Source of the DNA: Candidatus Latescibacterota bacterium
GTDB taxonomy: Bacteria; Latescibacterota; UBA2968; UBA8231
DNA: 64,000 bases
NCBI GenBank assembly: GCA_965208105.1
Contig: OZ242318.1
Location: forward strand, 1,184,001 to 1,248,000
Direction of reading: 5' to 3'
Shown here piece after piece: positions 48,830 through 56,734 of this stretch. Made by a program: the position numbers and the translations under genes. Each line of letters opens with the position of its first letter. The first letter of the stretch is position 1. The notes under the pieces were generated by a model. It saw nothing but the letters and a program-made list of their open reading frames with translations. It had not been told where the DNA came from and did not search any database.

Positions 48830-48964
48830 GCAGGGGAGGCTCATGCCCCCGGCCGGATCGGGCGCCGCTCCAGCCCGGGTTTCGCCCGTCGGATACCAAC
48901 TGCCGGGCAAGGATGGCTCCGCCCGCTCGAGCCGCAATTCATCCCGGCCCGGCATGAACGGAAA

Positions 48965-50944
48965 CTACCACCCGTGCATGCGGTGTCCGCCGGCGGGGAA
49001 GAAGGCCAGGTCCACCAGTCCCGAGAGGGCCACCCCCAGGGCGTAGCCCACCGCCATGCCGTAGAAGAAGGGCTTGCCGCCCAGGTAGGCGCGCACCCCG
49101 CCGTAGCGCAGCAGCACCAGCTTGACCACCCACACCAGGAAGAGGCTGAACCAGTAGACCCACACCCCAATGGTGGCCTGGAAGGCCACCCCGACGGGAT
49201 GCAAGGGGAACCAGTGGAAGCGGGTGCGCAGAACGGCGATGATTGCCGCCTCCGACCACCCCGCCAGCCAGACGCACCACTTGCCCAGGGTCGGAGCGGC
49301 GGGATTGTTCATCAGACTGGCCATGTCGGTGAACAGGAAGCCGCCCAGGCCAGCCGAACTGCCCTGTTCGTAGGCAAGTCCTATGGTCGACCCCGCCGCC
49401 ACCACGAAACCCACCGGAAACACGATGAAGACCGCTGCCGCCATCCACCACGGCTGGCGCTGCAGCGAAAAGATGCGCAGGTGGTGGGCGATGGCCGGCC
49501 ACGCCGGAATGCGCGTGTCCCCGAAGAAGGCGCGGCTGGAAAACACCTTGAACCCCACCACCTGGCGCGGCTCCAGGCGCAGGGTGCCCACCAGCTCGAC
49601 GACGAAGGACTGGCCCTTGGCGTGGATCTCGTTGGGGAAGAGGTAGGGGAATCCGGTGGCGGCGATGAGCTTGACGATGACGAAATAGGTCAGGGCCATG
49701 GCCGCGAACGCCACCAGGGCGAGTGGCAGGCTCATTCCCAGGCCGACGCCCCAGGCGATGACGCAGGCCGCCGACAGCGCCAGGCCCAGCAAGGCCAGGC
49801 GGTAGCGACCCACCTCGCGGCGGTCCCCCTCGCCGCTGCGCGCCATTGCCCACACGCGGCACAGATGGCGACGCGCCAGCCATATGGACCACAGGGCCAC
49901 GAACATCAGGGCCCCGTAGCTCTCCATGAAGACGATCTGCAGGAACTCGGGAACGCTTCCGGTGGCCCCTACCCCGGAGAAGCCTTCCACCGAGAACCCG
50001 AAGCGGCGGATGAGCCCGACCTTGAGGACGTAGATCAGGTGAAAGACCACCAGGCTGCCGAGAATGTCCACGGGGCACAGATAGGTGACCGCCAGGACGA
50101 TGGGCAGGATGCGGAAGGTCAGGCCCGGGAAGTGTTCTCCGAAGTGGAAGGCGAAGCGCCTGGTCCAGATCTCAAGCGGCGGAAGCCCCGGCGCGAAGTA
50201 GGTGGCGATGTTGTAGGTCAGCACCGGAAAGACCGCGAGAAAGCCGGCCCAGAACAGCCGGGAGCGAAACAGCAGGGGCATGCGCCCGGGACCGTCGAAT
50301 CCCCTGGTCAGATCGAGCGGGAACTGGGCAAGGGGGAAGGTGAGCTTCTCCTCCTCCAGCCATTGCCTGTGAAAGAGAAGGAGGAGGCAATAGCCGAATG
50401 CCACCATGGCGCTGCACACCGCCAGCCATTGGACCAGCACCCCGATCCAGCCGTCCCAGGGCAGGGGCATGCCGGCGGGCAGGCCGAAGAGGAATGGATC
50501 CAGCACCCTCCCCGTGGCAGGAGCGAACACGTGCCAGGGCAGATAGTCGAAGAACAGCTCGGCCCACTGGTTCTCCGGACTTGCCAGCAGGGTGGGCGCC
50601 GCCATGATCGCGGTCCAGAAGCTGATCCAGCCGCGCTGAGGCATAACGCCCACCACCCAGGCCATGGTGAGGATGGTGAGCAGCTCCCCCCGGCTCAGGG
50701 CCCAGCGCGGCGACAGCCGCTTCAATCCGACGTTGACCAGGAGCCAGAGCACGAAGGGCATGATCGCGGACATGGGGAACTGGGAGTTGACGTAGCGCCC
50801 GGCGCCGATTCCCTGTCCCACCACGATCACGTAGTAGAGCATGCCCGCCGCGGTCAGAAGGCCGAGTACGACCCCGCGCAGGGTGATGAGCGGGGCTGCT
50901 CCGGATTCGCGCAGCGGTTTGCCGGTCTCTGGGGACATGTCCAT
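48965..50944 (-). CDS. DUF6785/DUF6784-like membrane protein, paralogue 4
   Basis: RQWLEEEKLTFPLAQFP, RLFWAG, HWFPLHPVG, GKPFFYG; start uncertain (50938-50983). Confidence 0.8.
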   Translation of the reverse strand: MDMSPETGKPLRESGAAPLITLRGVVLGLLTAAGMLYYVIVVGQGIGAGRYVNSQFPMSAIMPFVLWLLVNVGLKRLSPRWALSRGELLTILTMAWVVGVMPQRGWISFWTAIMAAPTLLASPENQWAELFFDYLPWHVFAPATGRVLDPFLFGLPAGMPLPWDGWIGVLVQWLAVCSAMVAFGYCLLLLFHRQWLEEEKLTFPLAQFPLDLTRGFDGPGRMPLLFRSRLFWAGFLAVFPVLTYNIATYFAPGLPPLEIWTRRFAFHFGEHFPGLTFRILPIVLAVTYLCPVDILGSLVVFHLIYVLKVGLIRRFGFSVEGFSGVGATGSVPEFLQIVFMESYGALMFVALWSIWLARRHLCRVWAMARSGEGDRREVGRYRLALLGLALSAACVIAWGVGLGMSLPLALVAFAAMALTYFVIVKLIAATGFPYLFPNEIHAKGQSFVVELVGTLRLEPRQVVGFKVFSSRAFFGDTRIPAWPAIAHHLRIFSLQRQPWWMAAAVFIVFPVGFVVAAGSTIGLAYEQGSSAGLGGFLFTDMASLMNNPAAPTLGKWCVWLAGWSEAAIIAVLRTRFHWFPLHPVGVAFQATIGVWVYWFSLFLVWVVKLVLLRYGGVRAYLGGKPFFYGMAVGYALGVALSGLVDLAFFPAGGHRMHGW

Positions 50945-51003
50945 CCTCGCCTGCCCGGTGTTTCGAGCCGGGTATCTCTGCAACTACATTCCGAACAGGC
51001 AAT

Positions 51004-51038
51004 AAAAAAGCAGGGGAGGAGCAAAGCTCCCCCCCTGC
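51004..51038 (-). terminator. Intrinsic terminator after FlgD-domain gene 2
   Basis: GCAGGGGGGGAGC-TTT-GCTCCTCCCCTGC-TTTTTT on the minus strand. Confidence 0.8.
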
Positions 51039-51061
51039 AAGGAATAACCGCAGGCTCGCGC

Positions 51062-52990
51062 CTACTTGAGCAGAGTCATTGAATGCGTCGCGGCGAAATC
51101 GCCGGCCTGCATGCGATAGAAGTAGACTCCGCTGGACACCTGCTTGCCGCTGAGGTCCACGGCATCCCAGGTTGTGCGGTAGGAACCCGCGCTCAACTCC
51201 TCGTCCACCAGGCTCACGACCAACTGACCGGCGGTGTTGAAGACCTCGATTTTGACGAAGCCGTCGCTGGGCACGTTGAAATCGATGGTGGTCTCGGGGT
51301 TGAAGGGGTTGGGATAGGCCGCGCCCAGGGCGTAGCTGTCGGGCGTGCCGGCGCCGTCAACTGCCTCGACGACGGTCCCGACGCCCTCGCCCAGCTTGGC
51401 GCTGGCCACGGTGTACGGGGTGTGCAGCAGCATGCCGGGGCCGTACTTGGCCTCCGACGGATAGACGCCGCGGCCGCCTTCATGGTCGATCAGCCTCAGC
51501 CCGCAGGTGCTGTAGAGACCGTCGTAGGCGCCGCCGCCGGGGCCGTTGCCTTCGCCCTCGTAGGTGGCGTTGAACCTGGTGCCGCCGGGACGAAAACGCC
51601 CCCAGGACACCGGGAAGCTGATGGCGAGGATACCGGAGCCGTCGCGGCCGACCACGCCGAAGGTGGTGGGGCCATTGACTCCGACCATGTTGAAGAAGGA
51701 GATATTTCCCCCGGTGCCCGGATCGATGGACGAGCCGGTGATGTTGATCGGGGGACTGGGGACGCCGCCGATCGCGGCCGCGGCCTCGATGCTGAGGCGG
51801 TCTCCGTAGCCGTCGCCATTCTCGTTCACCCAGAGGACCTCGCCGCTGTTGCGGTCCATCCCGACGATGGCCTGATGCCCCCAGGCCGAGGTCAGGATCA
51901 AGTCTCCCTGCACGTCGATCTGGCGCGGACCTCCGGACCTGACGGTCTCGTTGCCGTCGTCGTCGGTGCCGTAGACGTGGTAGAAATCGCCCAGGTCGAA
52001 GGCCTGCATGGTCTCGCCATTGGCCTTGTCCCTGACCTCCACCGCGCTGAAGGGCACTTCCTGGACCCCGTGCAGGGTCTGGTAGAGGACGCCATCCTTG
52101 GGAACCATCTCGAGGATGCGGTCGCCGTTGGTGTTGTGCGAACGGCCGTTGTCAGCCCAATCGGTGACCAGATCCCAGGACTTGGAGGGGCGGTTGATCC
52201 TGAGCTTGTAGATTCCCTGGTCGGGGTCCTTGTACTCGTTGGACCAGAAGACCTCAAGGTCTACGTCGTCCTGCTTGAGGCCGCTGAGGGTTCGCGCCCC
52301 TTCCCAGGGCATGGCGGCGCTGTAGGACCAGCGCTCGAAGGCGGTGGGATTGGCCAGATAGTCCGTGCCTATGGTGGCGCGGATCATGTCGCCGATAGTG
52401 TGGTAATCGGTGGAGCGCTCGTATTCCTGCACGAAGATCTCTACCGGATCCTGGGTGAGGTCGATGTTGGGGCGGGTGAAGCCAGAAGGACCGGTCCCCG
52501 GACCGACCAGGGTCAGGGGATCGAGATTGTTGACCACCACCACGTCGAACTCGTAGGTACCGGCGCCGGCGGCATTGCCATCGAAATCGTTGCCGTCCCA
52601 GGTGATGCTGTTGTCGCCGGCCTCGATCGGCTGCCCGCTGGGGGGCACGGTGGCGACGTAGAGGTCCTGCGCGACATAGCGCTGCCAGGCACCGCCCGGA
52701 CCCCGGTTGCCCGTGGCCGAGTTGCCTGTCTCGTAGATGACTACCCACGCGGTGCCGCGGCTGCTGGAATTGAACGGAATGGTCACCGATCCGCTGCCGT
52801 CCCAGCCCACGTCCTGGGTCGAAGCGCGGATGGGAGTAGGATTACCCGACTTATCGGTGAGGGTGAAGATATTTCTATCCTCGCCGTGGCCGTAATCATA
52901 GCCGGGAACGTAGGTGTCCTCGGCGGTGGCTGCACCGGCAATCATGGCTGCCATGGCCCCGGCCAGGAACGTGAGTTTGAAACTCCTCAT
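51062..52990 (-). CDS. Secreted protein with N-terminal FlgD-Ig-like and C-terminal FlgD/T9SS type A-like domains, paralogue 2
   Basis: Signal peptide; ITWDGNDFDGNAAGAGTYEF; AYPNPFNPETTIDF...SSGVYFYRMQAG...MTLLK. Confidence 0.82.
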   Translation of the reverse strand: MRSFKLTFLAGAMAAMIAGAATAEDTYVPGYDYGHGEDRNIFTLTDKSGNPTPIRASTQDVGWDGSGSVTIPFNSSSRGTAWVVIYETGNSATGNRGPGGAWQRYVAQDLYVATVPPSGQPIEAGDNSITWDGNDFDGNAAGAGTYEFDVVVVNNLDPLTLVGPGTGPSGFTRPNIDLTQDPVEIFVQEYERSTDYHTIGDMIRATIGTDYLANPTAFERWSYSAAMPWEGARTLSGLKQDDVDLEVFWSNEYKDPDQGIYKLRINRPSKSWDLVTDWADNGRSHNTNGDRILEMVPKDGVLYQTLHGVQEVPFSAVEVRDKANGETMQAFDLGDFYHVYGTDDDGNETVRSGGPRQIDVQGDLILTSAWGHQAIVGMDRNSGEVLWVNENGDGYGDRLSIEAAAAIGGVPSPPINITGSSIDPGTGGNISFFNMVGVNGPTTFGVVGRDGSGILAISFPVSWGRFRPGGTRFNATYEGEGNGPGGGAYDGLYSTCGLRLIDHEGGRGVYPSEAKYGPGMLLHTPYTVASAKLGEGVGTVVEAVDGAGTPDSYALGAAYPNPFNPETTIDFNVPSDGFVKIEVFNTAGQLVVSLVDEELSAGSYRTTWDAVDLSGKQVSSGVYFYRMQAGDFAATHSMTLLK

Positions 52991-53056
52991 TTTTCTCTCC
53001 TTGGAGTTAAGGTTGAATTGAAAATTGAGTTTGACTTGAAAATTTCATCAGCAAGA

Positions 53057-53098
53057 CAAAATCCCGCCCAGGACCACCTCCTTTCGTGCGGGGCTTTG
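53057..53098 (-). promoter_or_regulatory. 5' UTR hairpin with orphan AAAGGAGGTG in a 20-nt loop
   Basis: CAAAGCCCCGC-[ACGAAAGGAGGTGGTCCTGG]-GCGGGATTTTG. Confidence 0.6.
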
Positions 53099-53197
53099 AC
53101 TCAAGGATCGAACCAAGGCGGATTCCGAATTCCTTGAATCCTGTTTATAGCTCAAAATTCCAGACATCGAATGAGCCGATTGAAACTGGTGGAACCT

Positions 53198-53229
53198 ATT
53201 CTAATAATATGAACGCACTGGAATGTCAA
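53198..53229 (-). promoter_or_regulatory. Putative sigma70 promoter for FlgD-domain gene 2
   Basis: TTGACA followed by an AT-rich TATTATTAGAAT -10 region. Confidence 0.5.
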
Positions 53230-53306
53230 GTCTTTTCTCTCACCCCCATTCCCTTTCCCCTCCATTTCCGCACGGCAGCGAACCTTCCCACCAGCGGCCG
53301 CCGCCC

Positions 53307-53336
53307 TTGACGCGCTGGCGCAACCGCGCCTAGATT
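53307..53336 (+). promoter_or_regulatory. Putative sigma70 promoter for the aminotransferase
   Basis: TTGACG-18 nt-TAGATT. Confidence 0.45.
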
Positions 53337-53396
53337 AGCCCCTTCCGGGCGGACCGAAGGCGGAGGCGGCCCCAGCTTCACCAGGGAAAAGGAAAA

Positions 53397-54728
53397 ATGG
53401 AAAAATACCTGCGCTCCATCGAGGTCCTCGAGCGCAACCGGCAGTACATCCCCGGCGGAGTGCTCTCGGGAGCGCGCAAGGTCGAGCCGGTCATCAGCTT
53501 CTGCCGCGCCCGCGGGGCCTACCTGTGGGACCTGGACGGCAACCGCTACATCGACTACCACGCCGCCTTCGCCCCCCACCTCCTCGGCCACAACGACCAC
53601 CACGTCAACCAGGCCGTGCGCGAGATCCTCGACGGCGAGGCCAGCCTCTTCGGCTCCGGCCCCACGGTCCTGGAGGGCCGCCTGGCCGAGCTCATCTGCA
53701 CCCACGCCCCCGCCGCGGAGAGGATCGAGTTCCTCAACACCGGGTCCGAAGCCATGCTCGCCGCGCTGCGCCTGGCGCGCGCGGCCACCGGCCGAGACCA
53801 CGTCATCGTCATGCAGGGCGGCTTCAACGGCTCCCACAACGAGCTCGCCTGCAACGTCCTCACCCCCCTGGAACGCCTCGGGCCGCGGGTCTCTCCCGGC
53901 GAGTACCCCTACGTGCGCCTGGGGCCGGGGCTGCCCGCGGCCCAGGAGCGGCTCGTCCACGTGGTCAACTTCAACGACCTGGACTCGGTGCGCCACGTCT
54001 GCGAGCGCCACCCCGTGGCCGCCCTCGTCACCGAACCCGTCCTCCAGAACGTGGGCGTCCTCAAACCGCGGCCCGGATACCTGCAGGGCCTGCGCCGGCT
54101 GGCCGACCACCATGGCTTCGTCCTCGTATTCGACGAGGTCAAGACCGGCTTCCGCCACGGCCTCGGCGGTTACAGCCGGATCAGCGGGGTAATGCCCGAT
54201 CTGGTGGTATTTGCCAAGGCCATTGCCAACGGCTTTCCGCTGGCTGTCCTGGGGGGCAAAACCGGGCTCATGGACTACTTCGCCCATCCCGACCCGGCCC
54301 GGCGCCCCACCATGGGCGGCACCTACAACGGCCACCCTCTTTCCCTGGCCGCGGCCATCGCCACCATCGAGCGCCTGCTGGCCTCGGACGGGGCCGTCTA
54401 CCGCCACCTGGAAGACCTGGGAAGCCAGGCACAGACCGGCATCGAGACGCTGCTCCGGGCTCGCGGCATAGACGGGGTGGTTTCGCGGCTGGGCTCGGCC
54501 TTTTCCATCTACTTCATGGACCACGAGCCCCGGGACTGGCACGACCTGGCCTCCCACCACGACTTCGACCGCGACCTGGCCATGCGACGCGCCATGATCG
54601 GCGCTGGGGTCTACTTCTTCCCGGTGTCCACCAAGCAGTGCTCCATCTCGGCGGCTCACAGCGCCGGGGACATATCCCTCACCCTTGAAGCCCTGGACGG
54701 GGCCCTGGGAGCTGCCTTCGCAGACTGA
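53397..54728 (+). CDS. Class III aminotransferase, glutamate-1-semialdehyde aminomutase-like
   Basis: IPGGV.S..R, WDLDGNRYIDY, NTGSEA, FDEVKTGFR, FAKAIANGFP, GTYNGHP. Confidence 0.88.
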   Translation: MEKYLRSIEVLERNRQYIPGGVLSGARKVEPVISFCRARGAYLWDLDGNRYIDYHAAFAPHLLGHNDHHVNQAVREILDGEASLFGSGPTVLEGRLAELICTHAPAAERIEFLNTGSEAMLAALRLARAATGRDHVIVMQGGFNGSHNELACNVLTPLERLGPRVSPGEYPYVRLGPGLPAAQERLVHVVNFNDLDSVRHVCERHPVAALVTEPVLQNVGVLKPRPGYLQGLRRLADHHGFVLVFDEVKTGFRHGLGGYSRISGVMPDLVVFAKAIANGFPLAVLGGKTGLMDYFAHPDPARRPTMGGTYNGHPLSLAAAIATIERLLASDGAVYRHLEDLGSQAQTGIETLLRARGIDGVVSRLGSAFSIYFMDHEPRDWHDLASHHDFDRDLAMRRAMIGAGVYFFPVSTKQCSISAAHSAGDISLTLEALDGALGAAFAD

Positions 54729-54881
54729 GTCCGGGGATCGGGATCTATTCGGCTGGCTCAATAGTCCCCAGGTCAGGAGGCCACCTCGACGAGGAGCCGG
54801 GAGAACATGCGCGTCTCCTCCGCCCTCCCGGAGGCGGTCGAACCCGGCCCCGGCAATGGAGCTGACCGACGAAGGCAAATC

Positions 54882-55610
54882 ATGTGCGGAAGATTCGGAC
54901 TCTTCGAAGAGCTGGAAGCCCTTGCAAGGCACTTCCACATCGATCCGAGGGAACTGCTCGACATCTACCAGCTCCGTTGGAACATATCGCCGACGATGCC
55001 GGTGCTCACCATTGAAGGGAACGAGGACGCCTCCGCCAGCAACAGCGCCAGGCTCAGGCGATGGGGCTTGAGCGGGCACCACAGCCGCAGGAACAGGGGA
55101 GCCAACCGGCCCCTTATCAACGCCCGCGCGGAGACGGTCCACGAGCTGTGGTCCTTCAGGGAGGCATTCGAGTCCCGCCGCTGTCTCATACCCGCCAGCG
55201 GCTTCTACGAGTGGAGAAAGGAAGCCGCGGGAGGCAAAACGCCGATTTGGTTCCACCGAGAGGACCGCGGGCCTGTCGCCTTCGCCGGCATCTGGTCGAA
55301 GGAGGACAGTCCCCAAGGCCCGATCGAGGCCTGCGCGATCATCACCTGCGCCCCCAATACCATGGCCGCCCAGGTCCACCATCGAATGCCGGTCATCCTG
55401 CCGCCCGGCAGCTACTCGAGCTGGCTCAGCCCGGATTCGGATACCGATGCCCTTCAGGCCCTGCTGCAGCCGGTAGAATGGCCCGGCATGGGGTGGCACC
55501 CGGTAGCCCGAGAGGTCAACCGCGCTTCGAACGACCATCCCTCGCTGGTCGAGCGGGTGGAAGCCACATCGAAGGAGGATGGTGACAACCTCCTCCTGGA
55601 CTTCCCCTGA
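54882..55610 (+). CDS. SRAP (YedK/HMCES) abasic-site protecting protein
   Basis: MCGRF N-terminus (catalytic Cys2), INARAET, RCLIPASGFYEW, HHRMPVIL. Confidence 0.93.
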   Translation: MCGRFGLFEELEALARHFHIDPRELLDIYQLRWNISPTMPVLTIEGNEDASASNSARLRRWGLSGHHSRRNRGANRPLINARAETVHELWSFREAFESRRCLIPASGFYEWRKEAAGGKTPIWFHREDRGPVAFAGIWSKEDSPQGPIEACAIITCAPNTMAAQVHHRMPVILPPGSYSSWLSPDSDTDALQALLQPVEWPGMGWHPVAREVNRASNDHPSLVERVEATSKEDGDNLLLDFP

Positions 55611-55668
55611 TAGGGAGCAGGGTTAAGGGCGGAATCACCCCTCTTTCCCCAAAATTCCCGAGAAAGAA

Positions 55669-56718
55669 TCAACCCCTCAAGGCCTTTCCGTCGTACCGCA
55701 GTATGTGGTGCTGTGGGGGATGGTAGAAGCGGCTCACCTCCCTGACGATCTCGCGCCGGCGCCTCCCGCGTTCCCCTGCCGGCAGGGCCAGGACGATGTC
55801 CTCCACGTCGTGGGGGCCGATGCGCCAGTGGCCGCAGACTGCTCCGCGCAGCTCTCCGTCGATGAGCAGGCAGGCAATCACCTCCAGGCCTTCGAAGCGC
55901 GTCTTCAGCTCGGCCAGGTGGGGAACGACGAGGGGGTCTCCCAGGTGGAGCATGAACACCCCCGAGGGTCTCGGCGCCGGAGCCAGGCCGCGGTCTTCGA
56001 CGCAAGTCCATCCTTCTCCCATGTCCTTCACCTGCTCCAGGGCGAGTTCTTCCTTTTCCAGCAGGGCCAGTGCGGACTGCAGCCGGCGCGAGGTGAACCC
56101 CGACCAGCTCTTGAGCTCCTGAAATGTGGCGAACACGTGGCTCTGAAGAAAGCGTTTAATCACCGCCGCGGCCGCATCTTCCCGCGACAGCCGATCCGGG
56201 TCCACCTGCGGCAGGGCCGCATCCAGGGGGGACCAGAGGCGGTCCCAGCTAGCGTCGCTCTGGTCTTCGAAGACCAGGAAAGCTTCCTGCAGGCGGTGCA
56301 GCACCGGCATCAGCTTCTTGCTCCGGATGCCCAGCTCCAGGCGCAGCTGCCGCGGGGACAATCCGTCGTGATACCGCAAGGTCCGCAGGACTCCCTCCTG
56401 CAGGCTGTCGAGGCGCTCCAGGGGGCGGCGGAAGGCCGCGGCGTAGAGCTCAAAGTCGGCGGCCAGCACGTAGCCTATCCTGCCTTTCGAGAACCGGCCT
56501 TTGAGCAGCTCGCGGCGGCCGCGCAGGGTGTCGGCCAGGGCTTCGTCGTCCCCGGCGCAGCGGTGCATGAGCCGGGGAGGCGAGCCGGGCATGGCGCGGG
56601 CAACGGGAGCGACGGGCTGCAGTCTGCTGACGAGCTCGATGAACTCCCCCTCGTCGCGGTCGGGCGATTGCAGTCCGTGGCGCTTCAGGCGGTGGGCGAG
56701 GATGGTTTCCTTTTTCAT
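55669..56718 (-). CDS. AlkZ/YcaQ-like (HTH_42 winged-helix) DNA glycosylase-like protein
   Basis: RFLQSHVFATFQELKSWSG, ML...DPL, LLIDGE..G...W resemble HTH_42; catalytic QxQ/QxD not evident. Confidence 0.6.
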   Translation of the reverse strand: MKKETILAHRLKRHGLQSPDRDEGEFIELVSRLQPVAPVARAMPGSPPRLMHRCAGDDEALADTLRGRRELLKGRFSKGRIGYVLAADFELYAAAFRRPLERLDSLQEGVLRTLRYHDGLSPRQLRLELGIRSKKLMPVLHRLQEAFLVFEDQSDASWDRLWSPLDAALPQVDPDRLSREDAAAAVIKRFLQSHVFATFQELKSWSGFTSRRLQSALALLEKEELALEQVKDMGEGWTCVEDRGLAPAPRPSGVFMLHLGDPLVVPHLAELKTRFEGLEVIACLLIDGELRGAVCGHWRIGPHDVEDIVLALPAGERGRRRREIVREVSRFYHPPQHHILRYDGKALRG

Positions 56719-56734
56719 GGCCGGGCACCCCTGC

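Noticed and set aside
53397-54728. Calling this gene hemL
   Set aside because: GSA-aminomutase-like, but the motifs are divergent and there is no tetrapyrrole context; symbol withheld
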